A stretch of DNA of 64,000 nucleotides, from contig JBBJNV010000003.1 in the NCBI GenBank assembly GCA_037721215.1, forward strand, positions 55,646 to 119,645, written 5' to 3'. The notes under the pieces are model-generated. The model was not told the DNA's origin. It searched no databases and saw only the letters and a program-made list of their open reading frames with translations. Shown here one piece after another: positions 41,136 to 51,240 of the stretch. The DNA is from Gemmatimonadaceae bacterium (GTDB lineage: Bacteria > Gemmatimonadota > Gemmatimonadetes > Gemmatimonadales > Gemmatimonadaceae). The stretch's first letter is position 1. Each line of letters starts with the position of its first letter. Made by a program: the position numbers and the translations under genes.

Positions 41136-41909
41136 ATGATCCGCAATTCTATTTCCCGCTGTATCACCGCAGCCGCCGCTGTCACCGCAATTGCCGCAGC
41201 CGCGGGAACGGCCAGTGCCCAGACGCCCGTGCTCCCGCCCGCTGCAACTCTGCTCGCGAAATACGGAGTGGCCGTCGGCGCCAAGGCGATGATCAAGTCT
41301 GCATCAATCAGCAGCAAAGGCGCGCTGTCGATGCCCGCCGCTGGCATGGAAGCGACCTTCGAGATGCTGCAGCTGGCACCCAACCGGATGCAGATGGTCA
41401 CGACCATTCCCGGCATTGGCACGATCCAGGTTGGTTACGACGGCACCATCGGCTGGTCAGTGAATCCGATGCAGGGTCCCCGTCTTCTCTCTGGCAAGGA
41501 GCTGGATCAGATTCGCGACGAAGCCAATCTCCAGATGGCGACTCGCTCGCCGGAGATGTATACCGCAGTGCAGACAGTTGCCGATACGACTATGGGCGGA
41601 GAGCGCTGCTACCTCGTCAAGATGACCTGGAAGTCGGGGCGCGAAACGTTCGATTGCTTCAGTCCCAGGACGGCGTACATAGTGGGATCGAAAAGCGTTC
41701 AGGAGACCGGGATGGGTGCGATTCCGGTCACGACGCTGTACAGCGAGTACAAGAAGTTCGGCGACATGACAGTGCCGACCCGCACGGTGCTCGAAGTGAT
41801 GGGACAGCAGCAGATTGTCACCATCAAGTCGGTGGAAGTTGGCACCGGGGCGGGACTCGCGATCAAGCCGCCCGCCGAGATTCAGGCACTCGCCAAACCG
41901 AAGAGCTGA
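41136..41909 (+). CDS. Secreted hypothetical protein (possibly LolA-like beta fold)
   Basis: Ala-rich signal peptide ending ASAQ; beta-rich; co-oriented with the S41 gene. Confidence 0.8.
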   Translation: MIRNSISRCITAAAAVTAIAAAAGTASAQTPVLPPAATLLAKYGVAVGAKAMIKSASISSKGALSMPAAGMEATFEMLQLAPNRMQMVTTIPGIGTIQVGYDGTIGWSVNPMQGPRLLSGKELDQIRDEANLQMATRSPEMYTAVQTVADTTMGGERCYLVKMTWKSGRETFDCFSPRTAYIVGSKSVQETGMGAIPVTTLYSEYKKFGDMTVPTRTVLEVMGQQQIVTIKSVEVGTGAGLAIKPPAEIQALAKPKS

Positions 41910-41933
41910 CAGCCTCGGCAGCGATTGTTCGGC

Positions 41934-41969
41934 GGCGCCGGGGCGACTTTTGCTCCGGCGTCCTTGTTT
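41934..41969 (+). terminator. Intrinsic terminator
   Basis: 11-bp GC stem GGCGCCGGGGC/GCTCCGGCGTC (2 GU pairs), 7-nt loop, then CTTGTTT. Confidence 0.65.
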
Positions 41970-42064
41970 GCAGGGTATCGGTTCAGTTGCCGGAAGCCGC
42001 GGACATCGGTAGCATCCAGTCTCCGCATTGTAACCGTCGCACGACATAACCCCCCGAGGATTCG

Positions 42065-42625
42065 ATGAAAAGACTGACGGCTATCCTGTTGATTGTCACC
42101 GCCACGCCGGCAATGTCGCAGATGGCTGCCTCCAGGGCGTCCAAGGCGACCAAGGCGTCGAACGCCGCAGTCTCGACGGCCGGTACGTTCTGGGAGCAGA
42201 TGACCGGTAACATCGCCAAAGCAGCAGAACAGATGCCCGAGTCGGACTACTCGTTCCGTCCCGTGGCGACCGTTCGCACCTTCGGCCAGTTGATCGGCCA
42301 CGTCGCTGGAGCCCAGGCCCTGATATGCGGCTCCGCACTCGGCGAAAAGACCGCCGGGGAAGACGACATCGAGAAGAGCAAGACCACCAAGGCGGATCTC
42401 TTAGCAGCACTCAAGACAACGACAGAGTACTGCCGCAAGGCGTACGCAATGTCGGACGCAAGGGGCGCCGGCATGACGAAACTGTTCGGCCAGGATCAAA
42501 CACGACTCTCGGCATTGATGCTCAACGCCACCCATAATGCCGAGCATTACGGGAATATCGTGACGTACATGAGGGTCAAGGGAATGGTGCCGCCGTCAAG
42601 TCAGCCGGCAACTCCGCGGCCATAA
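42065..42625 (+). CDS. Secreted DinB family protein
   Basis: VRTFGQLIGHVA, HNAEHYGNIVTYMR. Confidence 0.88.
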   Translation: MKRLTAILLIVTATPAMSQMAASRASKATKASNAAVSTAGTFWEQMTGNIAKAAEQMPESDYSFRPVATVRTFGQLIGHVAGAQALICGSALGEKTAGEDDIEKSKTTKADLLAALKTTTEYCRKAYAMSDARGAGMTKLFGQDQTRLSALMLNATHNAEHYGNIVTYMRVKGMVPPSSQPATPRP

Positions 42626-42676
42626 TTATGGCGTTCTGTTTTCGCTCATTAGTACCAGAAGGATACTAATACCGGA

Positions 42677-44041
42677 ATGACGACAATCAGCCGCACAGCA
42701 CTCGCGGTTCTGCTGCTCCCAATCGCGCCGCTCGCTGCCCAGGATCATCCTCTCGGCAACCTCCGCGAGCAGGCCACAATCCAGCAGGAGTGGCTCCGAA
42801 TCCGACTCGACTCCATTCTTCCACGACTGATGCGGAAGCATGGGGTCGGCATGTGGATTCTGCCGATGCGTGAGTACAACGAAGACCCGGTCTTCTGGTC
42901 GATAGTCTCGCCGACCACCATGGCGGCCCGGCGTCGAACCATCTACGCATTCTGCGATCGCGGCCCGGCACGAGGAGTGGATCGAGTCGCGATCGGAGGC
43001 AGCACGCAGGGCGGGCTGTATCGCGTCGTCCGCGATGCCAATGCGCGACCGGGCGCGGCCGGCGCTCAGGTGAGACTCGCCGAGCCGTTCGGCCCGGATC
43101 AGTGGAAACTGCTCGCTCCCGTGGTGACCGCGTGCAACCCAAAATCAATCGCCGTCAACATCTCACACACCCACGCTTTTTCCGACGGGTTGAGCGCGGG
43201 TGAATGGGAACAGCTGCGAACGGCGATTCCGGCACAGTTTCGTAATCGGGTTGTCCGCCGGGAACGACTGGCGCTCGATTACATCGCCGAACGCCCCGCT
43301 GCAATGTTGCCTCAGTACGTAAAGATGCAGCAGGTCGTGCACGAGATCATCCGCACCGCGTTCTCCTCACAGGTGATCAAGCCCGGCGCTACTCGCACGG
43401 AAGATGTGGTGTGGTGGATGCGGCAGCGGGTCAACGACCTCGGTCTTGGCACATGGTTCCATCCATCGGTGACTGTACAGCGGCGCGGCGTATCGATGGG
43501 TGATTCGGCCAATCCCACAATCATTCGGGGTGATGTGCTGCACACAGACTTCGGCATCAGCGCGCTCGGCCTGCATACCGATACGCAGCACATGGGGTAC
43601 GTCCTGCTCCCGGGCGAGAGCGATGCGCCGGCCGGGTTGCGCAATGCGCTCGCGCGATCGAACAGGCTCCAGGATATTCTGGTCGACGAGATGCGGCCGG
43701 ACCGAACCGGCAACGAGGTATTGCGCGGAACGCTGACGCGCATGCGGTCAGAAGGGTTGGATGGCACTGTGTATACGCATCCGATTGGAGATCACGGGCA
43801 TGGAGCCGGCCCGCTGATTGGACTCTGGGACCGGCAGGAGGGAGTTGTTGGACGAGGTGATGTTCCCCTTCTCCGAAATACCTGGTTCTCGACCGAGCTC
43901 CAGGTGACAAGCCGTGTGCCGGAGTGGAACGGTGAGCAGGTGCGGATGGCTCAGGAGGAAGAGATTGCAATCGATGGTGGCGGCAAGCGAAGCTGGGTGC
44001 TCGCGCGCCAGGAAAAGCTGCATCTCGTTCGGGCTCCCTAG
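42677..44041 (+). CDS. M24 (Xaa-Pro type) aminopeptidase, secreted
   Basis: Metal ligands in HTDFG, HTDTQ, THPIG, STELQ, QEEE. Confidence 0.88.
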   Translation: MTTISRTALAVLLLPIAPLAAQDHPLGNLREQATIQQEWLRIRLDSILPRLMRKHGVGMWILPMREYNEDPVFWSIVSPTTMAARRRTIYAFCDRGPARGVDRVAIGGSTQGGLYRVVRDANARPGAAGAQVRLAEPFGPDQWKLLAPVVTACNPKSIAVNISHTHAFSDGLSAGEWEQLRTAIPAQFRNRVVRRERLALDYIAERPAAMLPQYVKMQQVVHEIIRTAFSSQVIKPGATRTEDVVWWMRQRVNDLGLGTWFHPSVTVQRRGVSMGDSANPTIIRGDVLHTDFGISALGLHTDTQHMGYVLLPGESDAPAGLRNALARSNRLQDILVDEMRPDRTGNEVLRGTLTRMRSEGLDGTVYTHPIGDHGHGAGPLIGLWDRQEGVVGRGDVPLLRNTWFSTELQVTSRVPEWNGEQVRMAQEEEIAIDGGGKRSWVLARQEKLHLVRAP

Positions 44042-44100
44042 AAACTCCCCGGCGGATAAATCGTACGGTTATCGGAAACGCACTCAACGGAGACAGACAG

Positions 44101-44340
44101 ATGGATGAAGGCACATCGCTGCGCCGCTCGCGGTCGAACAAGGTTATCGCCGGAGTGGTTGGAGGACTCGCCAGATATTTCGGAATGGATCCGACAATCG
44201 CCCGGATATTGTTCGTCGTCGTATCCGTTATCTCGGCCGCGTTTCCGGGGATACTGGTCTACGTAGTTCTCTGGGTAGTCCTGCCCCAGGAGTCCGAGAT
44301 CCCGTCGGGAATGTACGACGGTATCGATCGCCAGGTGTAA
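44101..44340 (+). CDS. PspC domain protein
   Basis: LRRSRSNKVIAGVVGGLARYFGMDPTIAR. Confidence 0.92.
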   Translation: MDEGTSLRRSRSNKVIAGVVGGLARYFGMDPTIARILFVVVSVISAAFPGILVYVVLWVVLPQESEIPSGMYDGIDRQV

Positions 44341-44435
44341 ACGTCCCGACACACTCGGTCCCTTCCAGCTTCCGGGGTGTATGGCAAGCATAGTTCCTGC
44401 CACTGCTTTCCACATACGAATAACGGGAGAACGCA

Positions 44436-45446
44436 ATGCGCGCGAGTCACTCTGCGCTGTTGGCAATCGCGGTTGGAGCCACCGGATATGGTCTCGGGTC
44501 GGCGGGCGGACATGAGCTTGTAAGAACCGGGTTCGCGCAGCGGTCCTCGCCTGGAAGTGTCGAGGAGAGCATGGTGGTGAATGTCGTTCGTCAGGTCACC
44601 CCCGCTGTTGTCAGCGTATCGAGGCAAGGAGGATTCGGCTCTGGTGTTCTGATTCGCAGCAATGGAACTCTGCTCACAAACGCGCACGTAGTCGGCAACG
44701 CGCGGACGGTGGAGATAGGGTTGGCCGATGGCCGCCGCCTTCCCGGCCAGGTAATTGGCCGTGACGTAGAACTCGATGTTGCGGTCGTGCGAATCGCGAT
44801 CAACGACGCGCCCGCCGCGATAATCGGAAATTCCGATCAGCTACTCGCGGGGCAAGCGGCGATTGCGATCGGCAATCCACTCGGCCTCGAGCGATCGGTC
44901 ACGGTTGGGGTGGTTTCGGCAGTCAACCGAAGTCCCCGCGGATTCCCGATCGAGGGACTTGTCCAGACCGATGCCGCTATCAGCCCGGGTAACTCCGGCG
45001 GGCCATTACTCGATTCACAGGGCCGCGTGATAGGGATCAACACCGCGATCATTACCGAGCGGGGAGCGAACGGGCTTGGATTTGCCATTCCAATCAATCT
45101 CGCGGCAGACATCGCCGATCAGATTATCCGTACCGGAAGATCGGTCCACGCTTTTGTCGGGGTCGAGCTTGGGAACAACTCACCCGAGATCGCACGCTAC
45201 TACAATCTTCCAGTTCAGACCGGAGCGATCGTGGCGTCTGTCGGCCCGGGCACACCGGCCGAGCGTGCAGGGATAAGGGCGGGTGATATTATTGTGGCCG
45301 TGAATGAAACGCAGGTGGCTCATGGCGGGGAATTTCGCGCCGCGCTCCGGCGCCTCCGGCCAAACGACGCAGCGAGAGTGACGGTTGTACGTGGCAATTC
45401 GCGAGTAAATCTGAATGTACAGCTGGGATCGACCGGCGCCCGCTGA
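44436..45446 (+). CDS. HtrA/DegP-type S1C protease with PDZ
   Basis: TNAHVV, DVAV, PGNSGG; C-terminal PDZ. Confidence 0.93.
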   Translation: MRASHSALLAIAVGATGYGLGSAGGHELVRTGFAQRSSPGSVEESMVVNVVRQVTPAVVSVSRQGGFGSGVLIRSNGTLLTNAHVVGNARTVEIGLADGRRLPGQVIGRDVELDVAVVRIAINDAPAAIIGNSDQLLAGQAAIAIGNPLGLERSVTVGVVSAVNRSPRGFPIEGLVQTDAAISPGNSGGPLLDSQGRVIGINTAIITERGANGLGFAIPINLAADIADQIIRTGRSVHAFVGVELGNNSPEIARYYNLPVQTGAIVASVGPGTPAERAGIRAGDIIVAVNETQVAHGGEFRAALRRLRPNDAARVTVVRGNSRVNLNVQLGSTGAR

Positions 45447-45912
45447 TCTGCGGCGCCGCAGCGAAGCAGCACTCCCCTTTGAAGTTCGCGAATCGGCAAT
45501 ACAGGGTGTCGGCGCTTTTGCGACGTGTCCCATTGCCGGCGGTACGAGGTTCATCGAGTACAGCGGCGAAAAGCTCACGTCCCTTGCGGCAGATCAACGT
45601 TACCCCGACACTGTGGAGGAACGGCATCACACGTATCTGTTTGCAATCGATGACGATGTGGTCATCGATGCCGCCGTGGGAGGCAACGATGCGAGGTTCA
45701 TCAATCATTCGTGCGATCCCAACTGTGATGCGGTGATCGACGGCGGGCGGATCTGGATCAAGACCATCCGCGATGTTGGAACAGGCGAGGAACTCGCGTA
45801 CGATTATGCCTACATTCTTGACGAGCGGCACACGCCGGCCGCAAAGCGGAAATTTCCGTGTAACTGCCGGACGAAGAACTGTCGCGGGACGATTCTGACA
45901 AAGAAAAGATAG
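45415..45912 (+). CDS. SET-domain protein-lysine methyltransferase
   Basis: GVGAFA, RFINHSCDPN, ELAYDY, post-SET CNCRTKNC; start uncertain (CTG at 45448 possible). Confidence 0.88.
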   Translation: MYSWDRPAPADLRRRSEAALPFEVRESAIQGVGAFATCPIAGGTRFIEYSGEKLTSLAADQRYPDTVEERHHTYLFAIDDDVVIDAAVGGNDARFINHSCDPNCDAVIDGGRIWIKTIRDVGTGEELAYDYAYILDERHTPAAKRKFPCNCRTKNCRGTILTKKR

Positions 45913-45997
45913 GTAGGCCGCCGCGAGCGCGAGCCAATCTGGAAGTTGCCTCTTTACGCAGTACCCGGCTGGTCACGCCTTTGCACACATTGTACTC

Positions 45998-46660
45998 ATG
46001 ACTCAACCCGTTCCGCCGCCCGCGCCACCCACGGCGTCACCACCTGCTGCGCCTGCAAGGGCCAGCCGGCTGCCATGGGTACTCCTCGCCAGTGTGCTTT
46101 TCTTCATGTTTGCCGTCGGGTACTGTGGGGTTCGCGCAATACCGAACGTCCTTGGACGCGGCGGAAGCAGTATCACGCATGACCTTGTGGTGGAGCGAAT
46201 GCGCGCAGTTGCGAAGCTCGTGTCGACTGAGGCAACAGTGCGGGACGTCGTCGTTTTTCAGAACACGCGGCTGGGCTCCACCAAGCGCACGCTGGTCGTC
46301 GTCACAGGGCGCTTGATGGCTGGCGTCAATCTCGGCGCCAATCCGGTTGTGCGTATCGACCAGAAGACAAGGAGAATCGCGGTAGAGCTGCCGAAGGCTG
46401 AACTGATTGGAGTCGAAGTGCTCAACCTTCGTACCTACGACGAGAGCGCCGGTCTATGGAATCCGTTCACACCGGCCGACCGTGATTCCATTCAGCGTCA
46501 GGTGCGCACTCAGTTGATGCGGGCGGGAAACGACATGGCGCTGCTGGAACATGCCAACCAAAGCGCGCGCGATATCCTCCGGACGATGTTGTCACAGGAC
46601 GGATACACTGTGGACGTCACCACTCGCGGCGCGCCAAAGCCGGCCGGAACTGATCGCTGA
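45998..46660 (+). CDS. DUF4230 protein
   Basis: N-terminal TM helix, AKLVSTE, GRLMAGVNL, LPKAEL. Confidence 0.82.
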   Translation: MTQPVPPPAPPTASPPAAPARASRLPWVLLASVLFFMFAVGYCGVRAIPNVLGRGGSSITHDLVVERMRAVAKLVSTEATVRDVVVFQNTRLGSTKRTLVVVTGRLMAGVNLGANPVVRIDQKTRRIAVELPKAELIGVEVLNLRTYDESAGLWNPFTPADRDSIQRQVRTQLMRAGNDMALLEHANQSARDILRTMLSQDGYTVDVTTRGAPKPAGTDR

Positions 46661-46709
46661 ATCCTTTCGGTTATACTTTACCCGCGGACCGAATTTCAAT
46701 GGAGCGCAT

Positions 46710-47000
46710 ATGACGGCAGCAGGGGCAGCGGCAGGGGCAGCGGCAGCGGCGGCAATCGCGAACGCGGTGAAAGCGTCAGGCCTGGTAGTCAGGGTGGAAG
46801 CAGTGGATTTCTTCGCTATTCTCAAGCGTGCTGAAGAGCCCGTGGTCGTGATTGGAAAGGGCGGCTACTTCAGGAAACACTTCCAGTATCTCACCTCTTA
46901 CAAGGGACTCGGATTCTTCACAAAGTCGGAAACCGCACTGGTGCTTCCGCCACACGTGGAGATTATTGCAGCAAAGTCGATCTCCTTCCCCGATATCTGA
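46710..47000 (+). CDS. Small hypothetical protein
   Basis: ATG after GGAG; Ala-rich start, then AIANAVKASGLVVRVE..YLTSYKG. Confidence 0.65.
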   Translation: MTAAGAAAGAAAAAAIANAVKASGLVVRVEAVDFFAILKRAEEPVVVIGKGGYFRKHFQYLTSYKGLGFFTKSETALVLPPHVEIIAAKSISFPDI

Positions 47001-47029
47001 ACCAGGCAGGCAGATTCGATTAACGTCGA

Positions 47030-47344
47030 CTAACTGGCCTGTCTCTGATTGCGTGACTTGAGAATACCGATAGCTGCACCGACAATTGCCCCGACCATCA
47101 TCCCATAAAAACCGCCCACGCCCCGCACGGTGTCGCCTGCCGACCATGCCTCGGGCGGAACCATCGAATACCAGATGGCGATCAGTGAGGCGATGGTGTG
47201 ACCTGCGAGACCGCCCCAGAAGGCGCCTCGCACCCGCCGGCTTTTGCGGCGTAGATGATGTCCCGCCCAGAGCAGCAGCATTGGGGCTCCAAAAAGGCCG
47301 GCGAGGAGGGCAAACTGACCCGCGCTCAGGGGTGCACCCTCCAC
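47030..47344 (-). CDS. Hypothetical membrane protein
   Basis: GTG after GAGG; three TM segments. Confidence 0.65.
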   Translation of the reverse strand: MEGAPLSAGQFALLAGLFGAPMLLLWAGHHLRRKSRRVRGAFWGGLAGHTIASLIAIWYSMVPPEAWSAGDTVRGVGGFYGMMVGAIVGAAIGILKSRNQRQAS

Positions 47345-47351
47345 GTTGGCC

Positions 47352-47900
47352 TCAACGGCGCCACTTCGGGACAAGCCATAGCCAGTAGCCGGTGATCAGG
47401 AGAATTGTCAGCGCGATCGCAGCCGCGTCGCTGAGTAGAACCCACTTGTCGCCGAACGCCTCACCCGAGTGGAGCCGCTCCAGAAACACATCGCCGCGGG
47501 GGCCCACGTGCAGGACGCGCCCGCCATTGATATCGACAGTTACCTCGGTTGATGCAGGGTCGCGAAATCGCACTTTCACGTATCCATTCCGGGGTCTGAC
47601 ATCCATCCGGTCGATCTGCGTTTCGCTTGTCGCCGGAGACGTCGCCGCGCGCGCCTTGTCAGCAAGAACGGCCAGCGGAAGTGCTGCCGTGAACTGGCCG
47701 GCAGGGTCGTGATTGACATCCGGCATCAGGCCGAGCTCTCGCTTGTGATTCAGAAGAATGCCGGTGATCGATATCGACAGCAGCGCAACGGTGAACAGAA
47801 CACCGAGCCACAGGTGGGCATAGAATGCAGCCCGTGCCAGCCAGCGCCCCGATCGCCTGGAAGGAGGCGCGGGTGGTGAGGCCGGGGTGATCGTCCGCAC
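47352..47900 (-). CDS. PepSY-associated TM helix protein
   Basis: HLWLG, SITGILLNH, LERLHSG, TGYWLW; start uncertain. Confidence 0.85.
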   Translation of the reverse strand: MRTITPASPPAPPSRRSGRWLARAAFYAHLWLGVLFTVALLSISITGILLNHKRELGLMPDVNHDPAGQFTAALPLAVLADKARAATSPATSETQIDRMDVRPRNGYVKVRFRDPASTEVTVDINGGRVLHVGPRGDVFLERLHSGEAFGDKWVLLSDAAAIALTILLITGYWLWLVPKWRR

Positions 47901-47923
47901 TTTCTCGCTGACCGCCGGACGCG

Positions 47924-48880
47924 CTACTGCGTCACCGCCGCTGGCGGAACACCACCCCACGCTTTCACAATCGCCTCGCCCATCCGTGCCATTGCCAGCT
48001 GCGGTTCGTTATCGAGCACCCAGCGGATGTCCTTGTTTTCCCTTGTAAGCACGCATGCGACTACACGATTGCGCAGGTAAAAAAGTGAACATTCGGCGCG
48101 CACCTGATCTGTAGCTCCCGTTTTGTGTGCGGCTCGTGCCCCGCCGGTGTAGCGCTGGAGCAGATCACCGTCTTCGTTATGCTCGAGAATGTTCAGCATC
48201 ACCGAATCGAAAGCAGGATTCACGGCTTTGCCGAGTGCGAGAAGCTCGAACAGTCGCGCCATCTCGTTGGGGGTTGTGACGCCAAGCCCGTATTTCACCG
48301 AACTGTCCATTGCGACGCTCGAATTTCGCAGGAACGATTTCGAGTGAACCCGCGTGTGTGGGAGACCAAGCGAATCCATCTTGTTCCAGACCCGCCTGAT
48401 AATGATGCGGTCGAGCAGAAGATTGGTGGCCGTGTTGTCGCTGATGATGGTCATCAGCCAGGCGGCGTCCTGAACCGTCAGCATCGTCCCGTTGTGCAGG
48501 TACTGAACGACACCGGAGCCCGCTACCTGGTCGATCTTCAGCACCGTTAGCGGATCGTCGAGAGATAATTGTTTTTTCGCCACGAGATCGTACACGGTGA
48601 CGAGAATCGGCACCTTGATGAGACTTGCCGTCGGAAACTTTTCATCGCCACGACGGCTCATCCGTACGCCGTTCTCGATGTCGATGATGCTGTAGCCGAC
48701 GACGCCTCGATGGGCGTTGGCGATCGAGTCCAGGGTGCGACGGAGCGCGACGGTGTCCGCGCGAACCGTCCGCGGCGCAGGTACTGGTTTCGTGCGGGAA
48801 GGCTGCGCGCAGGCAGTGAGCGGGAGCGCGAGGCCAGCCATCATTAGTGGCAGAATGCGGAGTGTCATGTTGTCCAACAT
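47924..48880 (-). CDS. Class A beta-lactamase-related serine hydrolase lipoprotein
   Basis: ASLIK, SDN, HKTG; no Glu at the Glu166-equivalent position. Confidence 0.88.
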   Translation of the reverse strand: MLDNMTLRILPLMMAGLALPLTACAQPSRTKPVPAPRTVRADTVALRRTLDSIANAHRGVVGYSIIDIENGVRMSRRGDEKFPTASLIKVPILVTVYDLVAKKQLSLDDPLTVLKIDQVAGSGVVQYLHNGTMLTVQDAAWLMTIISDNTATNLLLDRIIIRRVWNKMDSLGLPHTRVHSKSFLRNSSVAMDSSVKYGLGVTTPNEMARLFELLALGKAVNPAFDSVMLNILEHNEDGDLLQRYTGGARAAHKTGATDQVRAECSLFYLRNRVVACVLTRENKDIRWVLDNEPQLAMARMGEAIVKAWGGVPPAAVTQ

Positions 48881-48883
48881 ACC

Positions 48884-48926
48884 GAGAGGTCATTCAACGG
48901 TCTAGCAATCCGTCGAATGACCTCTC
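48884..48926. other. Strong hairpin directly upstream of the serine hydrolase start
   Basis: Perfect 12-bp stem GAGAGGTCATTC/GAATGACCTCTC plus inner ACGG/CCGT; no U-tract on the minus strand. Confidence 0.6.
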
Positions 48927-48975
48927 TGGTGTAACCTTCCGTTCCTTCGTGGCGGCACCCTCCCGCCGAGTGCGG

Positions 48976-49731
48976 TCAGCCCAGTGGCAGGCAGCCCGAG
49001 GCTTTTTGTTCGGGGGTGAGCACGGCGGTGATCTGTTCGCGGAGCTGGATGCGTCCGGCTGCGAGTCGGGCGATAGCGGGCTTTACCCGCTCGAGAATCG
49101 CTGCTATCTCCTCTCTCGATTTGCCTGCCTTGCCGGCCGCCTTCACTTCTTCGTATGCAGCTTTGACGGCGTCCAGATCGGCCTTGTTGCTCTGCTCGAA
49201 AGCGGCCTCGAGCGCCCGAATCTGCTGCTTCTGCGCATCGCTCAGCGGCATGAACTTGCTGGGATCGCAGCGCTTCGAGGTGTGCGACGCAATCCAGGCG
49301 CGCTGTTCCGGAGTCAACACCGCATCGATGTCGGCCTTGAGCTTTGCTTCCGCGGCCGCGAGCCGCGCCCGGATATCGGCGGTCTTGTCGAAGATTTTCT
49401 TTGCCTCTTCACGGTTCGGCTTCCTGCCGCCCGTGGCTTCATGGAGGATCGCCTTCAGGGCCTCGCGGTCGGCGCGGGTTGCGTCCTCGAACGCCTTGAC
49501 CAGTGCCTTGATCTTCTCTTTCTGCTCCGCGGTGAGCTTGAGATCGTCCGGCAGTCCGTTGGCGAGCCGCGACTCGTAAATGGCAGCTTCGTAGCCGCCG
49601 GCGGCTGTCAGGGCCGTGCCGAACGCGCCGGCCTGGACATCCAGATCAGACGAGTTTGTGGGAGCCGTCGCATCCTGGGAGCAGGCGGCAAGTGAAAGAG
49701 CCGCAACCATGATCAAAGCGACCTTACGCAA
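48976..49731 (-). CDS. Spy/CpxP-type (LTXXQ) lipoprotein
   Basis: TTG after CAGGAG; lipobox LAAC; LTAEQ, LTPEQR, LSDAQ, LTPEQK. Confidence 0.85.
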   Translation of the reverse strand: MRKVALIMVAALSLAACSQDATAPTNSSDLDVQAGAFGTALTAAGGYEAAIYESRLANGLPDDLKLTAEQKEKIKALVKAFEDATRADREALKAILHEATGGRKPNREEAKKIFDKTADIRARLAAAEAKLKADIDAVLTPEQRAWIASHTSKRCDPSKFMPLSDAQKQQIRALEAAFEQSNKADLDAVKAAYEEVKAAGKAGKSREEIAAILERVKPAIARLAAGRIQLREQITAVLTPEQKASGCLPLG

Positions 49732-49922
49732 CAATTCTCCTGAAGTTCTGTCTAGCGTTCGACGACCAGCCACTGGGAATGTTAACACCTCGGGAGGGAG
49801 ATATCGCCAGTTTCGGGAGGGTGTGGCTTTTCGCATGGCGACTCCGAGCGCGAATCTTGCCATGGCACAGGGGATAGGACCGGTTCAATGATCGCTTTCA
49901 ATCATCCATAAGGGGACGACAA

Positions 49923-50537
49923 ATGTTCATGAAACCATTACGGTATTCCATTCTCGCTCTGGCGATGATGGCGGCCGCCGCGTGTGCGAAGAACGATGCA
50001 GATAATGCCGACACTGGGATGGCGATGAATGATACCGGTGCCGCGATGATGGGCGATACCGCGATGGCTGCACCGGCGCCAGCGGCTGCGGCGATGACCG
50101 ACGCGAACATTGTTTACGTTCTCGACCGTTCGAACCTGCTCGACAGTGCCAGTGGTGCGCTCGCGGCAACCAAGGGGACTAACAGCGAGGTCCGCGAATT
50201 TGGCAAACGGATGATGCGCGATCATCATGGGTTGAGGGAGCAGGGGCAGGCACTGGCGAAACGGCTCAACGTTACCGCTGCTGCGCCCGGTGGCGACAAC
50301 AGCAGTGCGGAAATGGACCGGGTGATGTCGATGCTGAATTCCGCCGCAAAGGGAAAGGATTTCGACAAGGCCTATATCGATGATCAGGTTACGTATCACG
50401 TCAATTTGCTGGCGACTGCAACGAGCGCGATGGGCGCGGCCCAGAATCCTGAGCTGAAGAATTTCATCCAGAAGGCGGCTCCAGCGGTGCAGGCTCATCT
50501 GGACGCTGCTCAGGCAATTCAGAAAAAGATGATGTAG
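49923..50537 (+). CDS. DUF4142 lipoprotein
   Basis: Lipobox AAAC; VREFGKRMMRDH, FDKAYIDDQV. Confidence 0.88.
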   Translation: MFMKPLRYSILALAMMAAAACAKNDADNADTGMAMNDTGAAMMGDTAMAAPAPAAAAMTDANIVYVLDRSNLLDSASGALAATKGTNSEVREFGKRMMRDHHGLREQGQALAKRLNVTAAAPGGDNSSAEMDRVMSMLNSAAKGKDFDKAYIDDQVTYHVNLLATATSAMGAAQNPELKNFIQKAAPAVQAHLDAAQAIQKKMM

Positions 50538-50544
50538 GCTTCGG

Positions 50545-51195
50545 GTGGCGCGGGGAGTAATTTTTGATGTCGACGGCACGCTTGTAGCCAGCAACGATGC
50601 GCACGCCCTCTCATGGGTGGAGACGTTTTCGGAGGTTGGCCATGACGTGCCGTTCGGCGTTATCAGGCCGATGATCGGGATGGGCGGAGACAAGATCATG
50701 CCGGCAGCAGTTGGCATTGAAGCCGACAGCGATGAGGGGCAGCGGCTGGTCGAGAGGCGCTGGGAGATTTTTCAGCGGAGCCATCTGGCCGGACTGAAGC
50801 CCACGCCGGGTGCGCGGGCGCTTGTGGAGCGGCTGAAGTCAGAGGGGTTCGAGCTGGTCATCGCGACGTCGGCGGGCGGAACAGAGTCGAGTGCTATTCT
50901 GGAGGCGGCTGGCCTCGATGGTCTCTTCAGAAAGCGGACGTCCTCGAGTGACGCCGAAGATTCCAAGCCGGACCCGGACATTGTTCGTGCGGCCGTCCGC
51001 AAGAGTCGGTGCAGGCCCGAGGACCTGGTCATGATCGGTGACACGCCTTACGACATTCAGGCAGCGACGGGGGCGGGAGTGCCGTTGGTGGCGGTGCTGA
51101 CAGGGGGATGCACGATTCAGGAGTTGGCGGGGGCGATTGCTATCTATGATGATCCTGGTGACTTGATGAGAGGGTTTGATTTTGGGGCGAGTTAG
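50545..51195 (+). CDS. HAD family hydrolase
   Basis: FDVDGTL, ATS, SKPDPD, IGDTPYD. Confidence 0.92.
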   Translation: MARGVIFDVDGTLVASNDAHALSWVETFSEVGHDVPFGVIRPMIGMGGDKIMPAAVGIEADSDEGQRLVERRWEIFQRSHLAGLKPTPGARALVERLKSEGFELVIATSAGGTESSAILEAAGLDGLFRKRTSSSDAEDSKPDPDIVRAAVRKSRCRPEDLVMIGDTPYDIQAATGAGVPLVAVLTGGCTIQELAGAIAIYDDPGDLMRGFDFGAS

Positions 51196-51240
51196 GATAA
51201 TAGCTAACCGAGGGCTGCGGACCAGCTAATCTGGCGGAAT

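Noticed and set aside
47924-48880. Antibiotic-resistance beta-lactamase
   Set aside because: It lacks the Glu166 and Arg164-Asp179 equivalents.
49778-49787. AATGTTAACA (also at 58350) as a shared transcription-factor site
   Set aside because: More simply explained as an extended -10 element; two occurrences are not enough evidence.
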